From: a virus
IMG/VR virus record: IMGVR_UViG_3300020469_000036
Location: 7,731 to 71,730 of that record
DNA: 64,000 nucleotides
Reading direction: 5' to 3' (one strand)
Shown: positions 8,853 through 17,237 of the stretch, piece after piece
How the letters are laid out: the number at the start of each line of letters is the position of its first letter
Position numbering within the stretch: the stretch's first letter is position 1
The notes under the pieces: model-generated
Told to the model about the DNA's origin: nothing
What the model saw: only the letters and a program-made list of their open reading frames with translations
Database searches by the model: none
Program-made: the position numbers and the translations under genes

Positions 8853-9260
8853 TTATACGCCAGTAAGCGTACCGTGGTTACCTTCATGGCTAGGGTTTTC
8901 CCATTCTTCTGGCTTCACGAGATCTGGGAGCCCAAGAGGATTGGGCCGTTCTTCTTTGATACCAACTTCTTTTGACATGTTTGCCTTATGAACTGCATCC
9001 CATGCTTTATAAGCGTCAACGCCAAAGGCATCAAGGGTTCCGATTGCGACAACGCACAAGTCAATCAACCCATCCACTACTTCTTCTGCATCAACATCAT
9101 AAACCGCAGCGGACTTTGTTTCATCAAGTTCTTCATCAAGAAACCTTAACCTGAACTCAAGAAACTCTCTTAGCTTCTTTTTATCAAAGTCTTTAATAGC
9201 TTCGTGTACACCGAACTTACGGTGCATATCATTTATGTCTTTTACCCAGTCTTTACTCAT
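8853..9260 (-). CDS. MazG-like (d)NTP pyrophosphohydrolase
   Basis: EELDET...EVVDGLIDL, VHKANMSK, LVKPEEW. Confidence 0.8.
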   Translation of the reverse strand: MSKDWVKDINDMHRKFGVHEAIKDFDKKKLREFLEFRLRFLDEELDETKSAAVYDVDAEEVVDGLIDLCVVAIGTLDAFGVDAYKAWDAVHKANMSKEVGIKEERPNPLGLPDLVKPEEWENPSHEGNHGTLTGV

Positions 9261-9279
9261 AGTTGTTATATAGATTTAA

Positions 9280-11757
9280 TTATCCAAAAAATTGTTCAAG
9301 GTCGGCCACAGGTTCTGCGTGCCAGCCAATTGCGTCGAGAATCATCTTAATAGGATCAACAAACGTTTTATTAAACTGCAGATCATAATCAATGTAACGA
9401 TCAAGTTCAAGCTCAGTTGGAAGGTGATCGGGAAATGATATCACGTTCTGCTGAATAGGGTTCGGCTTTTTGAGATATATAAACTTAATCTTATCCCCAC
9501 TTTGAATAAGTGGAAACTGTTTGTTTAAGCCGCGATCTTTAATAGCTTTGTTATACAGTAACGAACCTCGAACATGAATAGGAGTACCCTTTTCAAAAAT
9601 TGTACTGGCGTTGGCCCATTTGCGAATAGCATTAACTCCACGAGGAAAGGCAACCTTATCAGCAGACAGTACACTAAAATGCGATTTGAAAAGTTGAATT
9701 GCTTCTTGTGTTTTACCTTCATCACCAGTCATGATTATCTTGAACATTGCGTTCATGGCTTCACGACAGACTTGAGGAGTTGAACTTTTGATAGCTTCAA
9801 TACCCATGATCTTGATCTTAGGTTCTGCATACTGAACACCTTCATTGTTATGAACGTTAAGAATGTATCGTTTCTTTGCAGTCCAGATTCCACGATCAGC
9901 AATGGCCTCTCGCTTCATTACCATACGGTTGCAATATGCAGATGAATCTTCAGCGAATTTATCAAAGGCTTCTGCCAACATTGGCTCGATAGCTTTACTG
10001 CCAAACTCGTCAAGAAAGGCAACAGGATCTTTTGGCTTGAACTTGTCAATCACATCTTTCACGCCAATGTATAAAGAGTCGGTATCAATCGCAATAACCC
10101 TATCCTTCTTTTCTTTAAGAAAGTCATCGAGAAAGTCGTTAACTTTTTCTTCAGCATACTTGATAACAGCTTGGCCGGTAAGAGTGATTCCAGACGCAAT
10201 GCGAAGATCAAAGTAGCGAAAGTACTTGTTACCACACGCACCGTATAATGAGTTAAGAAGAATCTTTACCGCCGTTTGAGAAGTATCAAGTCTTGCCACA
10301 TCACTTTCTGCCGCCTTTCTTGCCGCTCGATCCGACTTGGAAACTTTCTCCAGGCTGCGTTTTGCGGCAATCATTTCATCTTTAATGTCGACCCTTTTAT
10401 CGTAAAGCTCTTCAACAATCGCTGGGATGATACCCTTTTTAGCTGTACTAAATACTGCACCATTTGATGCCTTTGCACCAATAGGATCTTTCATCTGCAG
10501 CAGTGTTTCGGGCGACATGTTATATTGAACAATAAGATTGGGATACAAGGAGTTAAGGTCAAACGACATAACCCAGTCATGCATACCAACGTGAGGTTCC
10601 TTTACAAAACCGCCAGGGAATGTTTCGGAATAGTTTTCTTTACTTGGAGTTACGGCAATCTTTTTCTTTGCCAACCGCCGAAAGATAATGCTGTCCCATA
10701 TCGCAGTGGTGCCAAGCGTGTCGGTGTAATTCACTCCACCTAGATAAGCCATGGTTAAAACCAATGTGATAAGACCTAGCTTTTCTTCCATGCGATCTAC
10801 CAGCTCAACGTCCTTGATATTATAATCAACAAACATTTGATAGTCGGCATCATAAAGATCTCGGAGTGTACCAATCTCTGAGTAGTCAAGTTTCTTCTCG
10901 CCAAGAACCACACTCGCAATATGATTAAGTGAATAAGACTCTTGGTTACCATAAGTGTAAGCAAACTTTTTAAAGAGTTCCATATAGTCCAGTGACTGAA
11001 CTCCGCTTATATCAAAAGTAACCTGTGTCTTACCCATGATAGTAATCTCTCGGCGATCAATCTTACCCCAAGGAGAAAAGCTTTTAGCAATATCCTCGCC
11101 AAGTAAAACGGCAGAGCGAGAAACAAGATAAGGAATATCAAAGAACCTTGTATTCCAACCAGTGATAACATCTGGAGTGTATTCAGGTTGGGACCAATGA
11201 TCAATAAAGTCGTGAAGCATCTCAGCCTCAGATTCAAACTGGCGATATTCGATTTGCAAGTGAGTTAGTTTGGAGGCGGCAACATCATAAGGCTTTATAC
11301 CCCATACACGATACCGATCTTCACGACTTGACTTGTAAGCGATTGTGAGGATCTCGTTTGTAGGATTATCAACCTCGGGAAAACCATCGCCGTAACTTGT
11401 CTCAATGTCAAGAGAGGCAACGTCAATGTTTGCGCGAGAGTAATTTATCTCATCGGGAAACTGACTTTGAATAAAGGCAGGAATGTGGCGAGTGTTGCCA
11501 TAAAGCTTAAAGTCGGCTACCCCGTCGTAAGTCTTTTCAAACTGACGTACTTCAGACATTGACTCGAACCGCATGGGCTCAACTGGAGTACCATCAAGGG
11601 CCTTCCATTCCGTGACATCGTTTTTGGACTGAAGGAAAAGCTGGGGGCGATACCTAATCTTGTGTCTTACTTTATTTCCCTGATCGTCATAACCTCGGTA
11701 AAGCAGTTGATTACCAAAGCGGTCGACACAAGTATAAAAACCTTCTATTGTAAGCAT
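9280..11757 (-). CDS. gp43: DNA polymerase, family B
   Basis: Exonuclease motifs DIET, GWN..FFD, YNIKD; polymerase motifs SFDLNSLYP, KILLNSLYG, DTDS, KKRY. Confidence 0.97.
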   Translation of the reverse strand: MLTIEGFYTCVDRFGNQLLYRGYDDQGNKVRHKIRYRPQLFLQSKNDVTEWKALDGTPVEPMRFESMSEVRQFEKTYDGVADFKLYGNTRHIPAFIQSQFPDEINYSRANIDVASLDIETSYGDGFPEVDNPTNEILTIAYKSSREDRYRVWGIKPYDVAASKLTHLQIEYRQFESEAEMLHDFIDHWSQPEYTPDVITGWNTRFFDIPYLVSRSAVLLGEDIAKSFSPWGKIDRREITIMGKTQVTFDISGVQSLDYMELFKKFAYTYGNQESYSLNHIASVVLGEKKLDYSEIGTLRDLYDADYQMFVDYNIKDVELVDRMEEKLGLITLVLTMAYLGGVNYTDTLGTTAIWDSIIFRRLAKKKIAVTPSKENYSETFPGGFVKEPHVGMHDWVMSFDLNSLYPNLIVQYNMSPETLLQMKDPIGAKASNGAVFSTAKKGIIPAIVEELYDKRVDIKDEMIAAKRSLEKVSKSDRAARKAAESDVARLDTSQTAVKILLNSLYGACGNKYFRYFDLRIASGITLTGQAVIKYAEEKVNDFLDDFLKEKKDRVIAIDTDSLYIGVKDVIDKFKPKDPVAFLDEFGSKAIEPMLAEAFDKFAEDSSAYCNRMVMKREAIADRGIWTAKKRYILNVHNNEGVQYAEPKIKIMGIEAIKSSTPQVCREAMNAMFKIIMTGDEGKTQEAIQLFKSHFSVLSADKVAFPRGVNAIRKWANASTIFEKGTPIHVRGSLLYNKAIKDRGLNKQFPLIQSGDKIKFIYLKKPNPIQQNVISFPDHLPTELELDRYIDYDLQFNKTFVDPIKMILDAIGWHAEPVADLEQFFG

Positions 11758-11763
11758 AATATA

Positions 11764-11792
11764 ATTATATCAAAATTCTAGGAAAAAGTAAA
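11764..11792 (-). promoter_or_regulatory. sigma70-type promoter, leaderless, for gp43
   Basis: TTTACT-N17-TATAAT-N6-ATG(11757). Confidence 0.75.
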
Positions 11793-11817
11793 TCCTAAAA
11801 TGTATATAAACTAAAAA

Positions 11818-12012
11818 TTATTGGTTCGCTTCTACTGCAAACCGTTTGGCTCTTTTTGCCAAGTATACTATAAAGCCGAAGAACGACATTAAAACTCCCG
11901 TTAAAACAAGTAAGAGTAGAAAGATAGCAGCATTGGATGCAATCAGCTCTTGACCTTCTGCCCCACTCAAGCACATAGGACACGCTAAAAATACTTTGCT
12001 GGAAATAACCAT
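11818..12012 (-). CDS. Small CxxC single-TM protein resembling small genes in bacterial cytochrome c oxidase operons
   Basis: LACPMC, N.AI.LLLLV, TM segment, YLAKR; family recognised from recall. Confidence 0.55.
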   Translation of the reverse strand: MVISSKVFLACPMCLSGAEGQELIASNAAIFLLLLVLTGVLMSFFGFIVYLAKRAKRFAVEANQ

Positions 12013-12023
12013 TTGCTGTAAAC

Positions 12024-12055
12024 AAAAGCCCGTCAGGGGTTGCCCAACGGGCTTT
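12024..12055 (-). terminator. Intrinsic terminator after hsp20
   Basis: AAAGCCCGT...ACGGGCTTT inverted repeat followed by T-run on the minus strand. Confidence 0.75.
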
Positions 12056-12066
12056 ATTATGTTTGT

Positions 12067-12495
12067 CTATTCGGACAGAAATTCTTTTTCTGTTTTACCG
12101 TTAATTGTAAATACCTTTGGTTGAAGTTCTTCAGGTATTTCTCTTTCAAGTTTGATCGAAAGGACTCCATTTGCCAGTATCACACCTTTGATTTGGACGT
12201 GCTCGGCAAGGTCAAATACCTTATCAAACTTTCTTGTTCCGATACCTTTATGCAGGTACTGAACGTCTTGACTTGAAGATTCTTCACCTTCAATTTTAAG
12301 CTGACTTTTTTCGAGAGTAACCTTTAGGTCTTCCTCTTTAAAGCCTGCTACTGCGATCGCGATTTCAAATGCGTTATCCGAATGTTTAATAACATTATGC
12401 GGAGGATACGTTTGGTTGGTTTGCGATGATTCAATTCGATCAAAGAACTGATCGAACCCTACTGTCCACGAACGTGGGATACTATATGCTGTCAT
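12067..12495 (-). CDS. hsp20: Small heat-shock protein (Hsp20/IbpA-like)
   Basis: YPPHNVIK, IAVAGF, YLHKGIG.RKF, NGVLSIKLEREIPE. Confidence 0.95.
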   Translation of the reverse strand: MTAYSIPRSWTVGFDQFFDRIESSQTNQTYPPHNVIKHSDNAFEIAIAVAGFKEEDLKVTLEKSQLKIEGEESSSQDVQYLHKGIGTRKFDKVFDLAEHVQIKGVILANGVLSIKLEREIPEELQPKVFTINGKTEKEFLSE

Positions 12496-12577
12496 GTTTT
12501 TCTCCTTGTATTAAGCGAGTTTATGTTGGTCGGAACCCCGAAGGCATTCCTATTGACTGACCTTCTTGGCCAATCAA
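12496..12577 (-). promoter_or_regulatory. ROSE-like RNA thermometer in the hsp20 5' UTR
   Basis: CUCGCUU pairs with SD AAGGAG (12502-12519); two upstream hairpins at 12532-12550 (cUUCGg loop) and 12553-12577. Confidence 0.65.
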
Positions 12578-12591
12578 AATTGTGTTACGCG

Positions 12592-12891
12592 TTAAGCGTA
12601 AAATCCAGTCTTTGTGAAGAGTACGTCGTTTGATCCGTTATCTCCGTCAAGATCATCGGTTGCGTATATCTCTTCATCGTAATCTTTACGAACCAAAACA
12701 CTTTTATTACCTTGTATAGCAAATACAAAATCCACAGAAGAATCATATCCTGAAGAACCGTTAGGTTGAATATGAATGTACCTTACTTGGGACTGGGTAT
12801 TTTGAACAAGTACCTGCTGGGCTTCTTCGAGCGTTGTAGCAGATGATTGTCCTTCAGCAAAGGTAATTAAACCAAGCGGCTGAATCTTCAT
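12592..12891 (-). CDS. Small probable late/virion protein, paralog B
   Basis: Shares QQVLVQNT, RYIH, SVLVRKDYD.EI.A and DVLFTKTGFYA with the adjacent gene. Confidence 0.75.
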   Translation of the reverse strand: MKIQPLGLITFAEGQSSATTLEEAQQVLVQNTQSQVRYIHIQPNGSSGYDSSVDFVFAIQGNKSVLVRKDYDEEIYATDDLDGDNGSNDVLFTKTGFYA

Positions 12892-12896
12892 TTGCG

Positions 12897-13184
12897 TTAT
12901 GCGTAAAAACCAGTTTTTGTGAAGAGCACGTCAGTTGCTGCACCTGTTCCAGAGGAAGCGGTTGAAGCAAAGATTTCATCATCGTAATCTTTACGAACCA
13001 AAACACTTTGATTTGGCTGCAAGTAAAATGATGCAATACGAGTTCCCGTACTACCTTGTTCAACATGAATGTAACGCCCACTTGAAGATGTGTTTTGAAC
13101 AAGCACTTGTTGCGAGTCGTCAACAGTGGAAGCATTTGCTGTGAGAGATGCAGCGGCGGCGATATTTAATGGATTAACTTTCAT
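12897..13184 (-). CDS. Small probable late/virion protein, paralog A
   Basis: Tandem paralog preceded by two overlapping TATAAATA boxes. Confidence 0.75.
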   Translation of the reverse strand: MKVNPLNIAAAASLTANASTVDDSQQVLVQNTSSSGRYIHVEQGSTGTRIASFYLQPNQSVLVRKDYDDEIFASTASSGTGAATDVLFTKTGFYA

Positions 13185-13206
13185 AAGTAAAGTACTATTG
13201 TTATTC

Positions 13207-13220
13207 TATTTATATTTATA
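13207..13220 (-). promoter_or_regulatory. T4-type late promoters (two overlapping TATAAATA)
   Basis: TATTTATA on + at 13207 and 13213. Confidence 0.7.
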
Positions 13221-13222
13221 GA

Positions 13223-13660
13223 CTATTTATACTGTTTCTTAACATTACCAATTGTATATTTTTCTTTAAGTACCCAATTAGACTTTTCTTTAAACGAAAT
13301 AATCTTAATCTTTTTCAGATCAGTTGTTTCGGTTATCTGGTCGCGTTGGGCCAAGCGAATCAGTCCCCAGTCGGAAAGTAAAATTGAAATAGTATTCCTT
13401 CGTCTAAGATCATCAAGAGTAAAGTCAGCAGGCTTTCCATCAAGCATAAACAATTCTTTGAAGTGAAGAATAAAGTAACGTCCTTGCTTGTGTAGAATAT
13501 GACAGCTTTGGAAAAGAGTGTTGCCATCTCGATTTGAAGCAACCCCAATTCTGGAAAGTGTTTCCTTCACCTTTAAAAAATCGTCAGGTTCATTCAAATG
13601 GACTTCGAGCATATTCTCGGGTGTCCATTCAACATAATCATTTTGAAAATTATCATTCAT
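13223..13660 (-). CDS. regA: Translational repressor RegA
   Basis: PDDFLKVKETLSRIG, LFQSCHILHKQGRYFILHFKELF, KYTIG. Confidence 0.97.
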   Translation of the reverse strand: MNDNFQNDYVEWTPENMLEVHLNEPDDFLKVKETLSRIGVASNRDGNTLFQSCHILHKQGRYFILHFKELFMLDGKPADFTLDDLRRRNTISILLSDWGLIRLAQRDQITETTDLKKIKIISFKEKSNWVLKEKYTIGNVKKQYK

Positions 13661-13679
13661 AATCTTATTTATATTCTTA

Positions 13680-14117
13680 TTAGCGGCCTCCTTTATCCCT
13701 TAGCTTATGCAGCTCGGTTAATGCGGATTGGGTAAACAACGGAAGTACTTCTCTTGCCTTTTCAGAGCTATACCCATAGTGTTCTTTAATAACTTCAATA
13801 TCTTTATCATCAGGCACAGCTTTAAACCACTTACTAAACCGTCGGCGGGGACGAATAGTATTTCGCAAAAAGTCATACTGCATACGGGCTGGTAAGCTTG
13901 CGTATTGATTCATCTCATTGGCAAACAAAACAGTATCCTGAAAGTAAGACATGGCTCGGTTAATCATAAATGGAACATAAGCCTTTTCAGGTGAGTCAAC
14001 CGCTACCGCTTCATCACTATATGCGGTTGCATCTTCTAAAATGTCTTTTGAGTTAGGTCCACTATTGATGTTTGTTACCACATCAAAGAAAGAAAGCTTC
14101 TTTTCTTTTTTAGCCAT
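13680..14117 (-). CDS. gp62: Clamp loader small subunit
   Basis: YVPFMINRAMSYF.DTVLFANEMN, QYDFL, RRFSKW, YGYS.EKA. Confidence 0.93.
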   Translation of the reverse strand: MAKKEKKLSFFDVVTNINSGPNSKDILEDATAYSDEAVAVDSPEKAYVPFMINRAMSYFQDTVLFANEMNQYASLPARMQYDFLRNTIRPRRRFSKWFKAVPDDKDIEVIKEHYGYSSEKAREVLPLFTQSALTELHKLRDKGGR

Positions 14118-14118
14118 C

Positions 14119-15063
14119 TTACTTCTTCCAAGCTACGTTAGCCATAAGTTCGGTAAGGCAAGCAACCATGTTTAACTCTCTGTCAGCTACAAATGCCGAC
14201 TTATATTGATAATCCGCAAGAATAAGAACGGCAGAAGGAACACCAGTTGCATCAGCGTGATCATTCAAGACATCATATATCTTTCGGAAAATAGCAGAAG
14301 TATCCAATGCTGCGTTGTTTGCTACCCACGATCGCATACTCTTAAAGTCCTTTGACTTGAGATGCGTAATTACCTCGGCAACACTTTCATCGCTGTTACC
14401 AATAAGAATGGCTGCTGGGATCTCTCCAGTGCTGCTGTATCTCTGACACTCGCCAATAACCCTACGCCAATCTGGCGCATGGCGAATAATAAGTTCGGCA
14501 ATAACCTTTTCGTTATAAGTGATACCTTCCTTGTCAAGAATATCCTTGAGCCGACCCATGAACTTACTTGCAAGTCCGGCAAGTTGTTTCTTGTTTGTAT
14601 TAAACTCAACAACTGCGCACCTGCTATGAAGAGGTTCAATAAGGCGATTCTTAAAGTTGCACGTAAGAATAAACCGACAGTTATTACTAAACTCTTCAAT
14701 GAATCCGCGAAGCGCGGGCTGTGTACTTTGTGCGTTTAAGTAATCGGCCTCGTCAAGAATGATAACTTTAATTCCGCCAGTTAGACTTACAGTACTAGCA
14801 AACTGTTTAATCTTATTTCTAAGAACGTCGATTCCGCTTTCTTCCGATCCGTTGATCAGCATCCAGTCCAAACCCAGTTCATTACACAATGCTTTGGCAA
14901 TGGTTGTCTTACCTGTGCCGGCGGTTCCAGCGAGAAGCATGTTGTGCAGCTCACCGCTTTTTACGATTGCATTAAAGGTGTCTTTAAGATCCTTGTCAAG
15001 AATGCATTCATTAATAGTTTGGGGTCTATATTTTTCGACCCACAGGAATTCACTTTTATTCAT
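14119..15063 (-). CDS. gp44: Clamp loader AAA+ subunit
   Basis: LWVEKYRP, GTAGTGKTT, DEAD, PLHSRC. Confidence 0.97.
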   Translation of the reverse strand: MNKSEFLWVEKYRPQTINECILDKDLKDTFNAIVKSGELHNMLLAGTAGTGKTTIAKALCNELGLDWMLINGSEESGIDVLRNKIKQFASTVSLTGGIKVIILDEADYLNAQSTQPALRGFIEEFSNNCRFILTCNFKNRLIEPLHSRCAVVEFNTNKKQLAGLASKFMGRLKDILDKEGITYNEKVIAELIIRHAPDWRRVIGECQRYSSTGEIPAAILIGNSDESVAEVITHLKSKDFKSMRSWVANNAALDTSAIFRKIYDVLNDHADATGVPSAVLILADYQYKSAFVADRELNMVACLTELMANVAWKK

Positions 15064-15069
15064 AATAAT

Positions 15070-15098
15070 ATTATAACATATTTAAAGGTATATGTAAA
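15070..15098 (-). promoter_or_regulatory. sigma70-type promoter, leaderless, for gp44
   Basis: TTTACA-N17-TATAAT-N6-ATG(15063). Confidence 0.8.
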
Positions 15099-15208
15099 CC
15101 ATAAAGGTTAATACTTAAGGACTGGTAAGATCAATAAGCGCATAAGCGCAAATCAATACCATTGCAATTCCTGCAAAGCCAAAAAGTATTTGCTCATTCA
15201 TGACGCAT

Positions 15209-15502
15209 TCACTCTCCTCCTAAAGTCCTAAACCCTTGAAAAAGTTTGGCAAAAATACCTTTGGCTGGGACTTCAATAATCTTTGGAGCGGAAGGAACAG
15301 GATCAACAAAATTAATTGGGATAATGTCCTCTGGATTTTTTTCAGCACGCTTGGCTGCGTTGGTCAGTTCAGACGCAGTAAACAAAAGAGGCTTGCTGTC
15401 TTCAATAAACACTTGAAAGTATTCACTTGAAGCCGAGGTCCTAGCCTTACGATTTGGCACTTTACAAACATACGCGCGTTTTTGTGTAGGAAGATCTTTC
15501 AA
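15209..15502 (-). CDS. Hypothetical protein
   Basis: 97-aa ORF with TTG start, fits the gene run. Confidence 0.55.
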   Translation of the reverse strand: MKDLPTQKRAYVCKVPNRKARTSASSEYFQVFIEDSKPLLFTASELTNAAKRAEKNPEDIIPINFVDPVPSAPKIIEVPAKGIFAKLFQGFRTLGGE

Positions 15503-15504
15503 AA

Positions 15505-15807
15505 TTAATAATTGTAATAAGGTGAGCGGGGATAACTATAACTAGGCCGGGGATGATTATAAGGTGGCCGTGGATAATTGTAATAAGGTTGCGGTTGGCG
15601 GTTGCGATAAGCTCGGTTCTTAGTGAGTTCTGATCCAGCCACTGCGCCTACGGCACCGCCGATAAGAGCTCCTGTGCTATCACCAATTAGGGCACCAACA
15701 CCAGCACCTACGGCACCACCAGCAACAGCACCGCGTTCGCCGGGTGTACAGGAAGAGCCAAGAAAGGCAGTTACCCCAAGAAGAGAAAGTAAGATTGTTT
15801 TTTTCAT
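15505..15807 (-). CDS. Glycine-zipper lipoprotein with Y/P/R-rich tail
   Basis: MKKTILLSLLGVTAFLGSSC lipoprotein signal; GAVAGGAVGAGVGALIG...GALIGGAVGAVAG. Confidence 0.8.
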   Translation of the reverse strand: MKKTILLSLLGVTAFLGSSCTPGERGAVAGGAVGAGVGALIGDSTGALIGGAVGAVAGSELTKNRAYRNRQPQPYYNYPRPPYNHPRPSYSYPRSPYYNY

Positions 15808-15820
15808 AATCAATTTAAAA

Positions 15821-15893
15821 TGGAGGCACGGAGATTTGAACTCCGGACCGCCTGCTTGCAAAGCAGGTGCTCTACCAACTGAGCTATACCCCC
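15821..15893 (-). tRNA. tRNA-Ala(UGC)
   Basis: GGGGGTATAGCTCAGTTGGTAGAGCACCTGCTTTGCAAGCAGGCGGTCCGGAGTTCAAATCTCCGTGCCTCCA; G3:U70 pair, anticodon TGC, CCA not encoded. Confidence 0.95.
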
Positions 15894-15899
15894 TTATTC

Positions 15900-16127
15900 T
15901 TATTCAGCAAAGTTGAACTCAAGCTGTTCAGCTGATACTTCTTCTTCTTCCTCTTCTTCGGGAGGTGAAGGAAGATGCACGACAAGTCGTTTAAAAAGAT
16001 CACCAACAACGCTTAGTTCTTCAGCCTTAAACGCTCCTCGCTTTGAGCAAATGTCAATAAGTTGTGCCGTGGTTGCAACGTCAGCAAGCAGCACAGGAAC
16101 GGTAGATGTGGATTGTTCTTCTGTCAT
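15900..16127 (-). CDS. Small hypothetical protein of T4-like phages
   Basis: LIDICSKRGAFKAEEL..VG motif, acidic tail; follows gp45. Confidence 0.7.
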   Translation of the reverse strand: MTEEQSTSTVPVLLADVATTAQLIDICSKRGAFKAEELSVVGDLFKRLVVHLPSPPEEEEEEEVSAEQLEFNFAE

Positions 16128-16137
16128 GTTTTATATA

Positions 16138-16812
16138 TTAAGCAGTAAACGTTGAGGATTTTTCAAGAGCAATAAAGTACTCGATGGGAGCTGCAGTATT
16201 TTCCCAGCGAGAGATAAACTTGGAGCTAACAGCAACATTATAATCACCACCAATTACACGAATGTTTGAGATGAGAAACTGAAAGTCAAACTCAGACTTA
16301 CAATCATTGTCTTCATCAACCACCATGTCAAATGTATTGGCGGAAGAGTTTTTATTATCGGTAACACTAAGGCTAACAGCACCTTCTTTACCAACAATCG
16401 AAACAACCGAGTGGCCAAGAACAGCAGCTGCTTTACGAACTTGAGAAAGTTGATCGGCAGTAACCGTTACGCTTACATCGGCAGCGGGCATGTTGATTTG
16501 GCTCGTTGGAGCTGTAAGAATATTGGCATCAGCAAAACGATAAGAAGCTTTACTCCGGCCGTTCTTAAGCAAAACAGATTCATCACTAAACTCAAGAGTA
16601 GGATCGCCAACAAGGTTCACCACGTTAATGAATTCATTTAAATCGTAAATGCCAAAGTCGCTTTTAAAAGGATCCGGAATGGTTGCCTTTGCGAATACGT
16701 TCTTTGCTTCTGCGATAGTCGAGAGAGGCTCACCGGCCTTCACAACAAGGTTAGGATTAATACTTGCGAAGTTCTTAAGTACTTCAAGTGTTTCAGTAGA
16801 TAGATTTGTCAT
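16138..16812 (-). CDS. gp45: Sliding clamp
   Basis: LS.ETLEVLKNFASINPNL, FGIYDLNEFI, YFIALE; start corrected to MTNLSTET. Confidence 0.95.
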   Translation of the reverse strand: MTNLSTETLEVLKNFASINPNLVVKAGEPLSTIAEAKNVFAKATIPDPFKSDFGIYDLNEFINVVNLVGDPTLEFSDESVLLKNGRSKASYRFADANILTAPTSQINMPAADVSVTVTADQLSQVRKAAAVLGHSVVSIVGKEGAVSLSVTDNKNSSANTFDMVVDEDNDCKSEFDFQFLISNIRVIGGDYNVAVSSKFISRWENTAAPIEYFIALEKSSTFTA

Positions 16813-16818
16813 GGTTCT

Positions 16819-16847
16819 ATTATATAATAAATTCAGGGAAATGTAAA
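16819..16847 (-). promoter_or_regulatory. sigma70-type promoter, leaderless, for gp45
   Basis: TTTACA-N17-TATAAT-N6-ATG(16812). Confidence 0.8.
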
Positions 16848-16850
16848 TAA

Positions 16851-16892
16851 AAAAGTAATGGTGGCTGGGCACCACCACAATACCCAGCCACC
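16851..16892 (-). terminator. Probable intrinsic terminator
   Basis: GGTGGCTGGG...CCCAGCCACC stem followed by a T-rich tract on the minus strand. Confidence 0.6.
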
Positions 16893-16908
16893 CTTCTAAT
16901 TAGCACTA

Positions 16909-17166
16909 CTAGGAGTGCTGCTTAGGTGTACCCAAACGGTAGCGGCTAACACGAGAGCCGCGAGAGTCGTATCGGTTATTAAGATAAATTGGCGCACCTT
17001 GCTCGTAGCGTAGTGTATTCACGACGCGATAAGGATCGGTTACACCAGCTGCTTTGAGGTCAGCGGGTGAAGGCTCGTATCCTGCTTCAAGTGCTGTCAT
17101 CACAGCTTCTTTTTGTGTCTTAACAAGAACAAGTTTTGTCAATCGGTTGATTTGTCTTTTAGTCAT
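16909..17166 (-). CDS. Small winged-helix-like DNA-binding protein
   Basis: V.TLR..G.PIYLN...YRLGTP pattern, basic. Confidence 0.6.
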   Translation of the reverse strand: MTKRQINRLTKLVLVKTQKEAVMTALEAGYEPSPADLKAAGVTDPYRVVNTLRYEQGAPIYLNNRYDSRGSRVSRYRLGTPKQHS

Positions 17167-17237
17167 ATTATGTTTTATTACTTTGTGTTTTGGCCTGTAG
17201 TGTTGTTAATTGGCGAAGGCCACGCCAAATTGTTAAA

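Noticed and set aside
13680-14117. DSP in gp62, and SP in conserved motifs (gp18 VSPG and WFSPAG, UvsW SPTGSGKS)
   Set aside because: A single DSP in the non-structural set is compatible with chance, and the others are family-conserved motifs; none were counted towards the sequon claim.
15808-15861. N-terminal extension of the lipoprotein ORF given in the track
   Set aside because: It overlaps tRNA-Ala; the signal peptide starts at ATG 15807.
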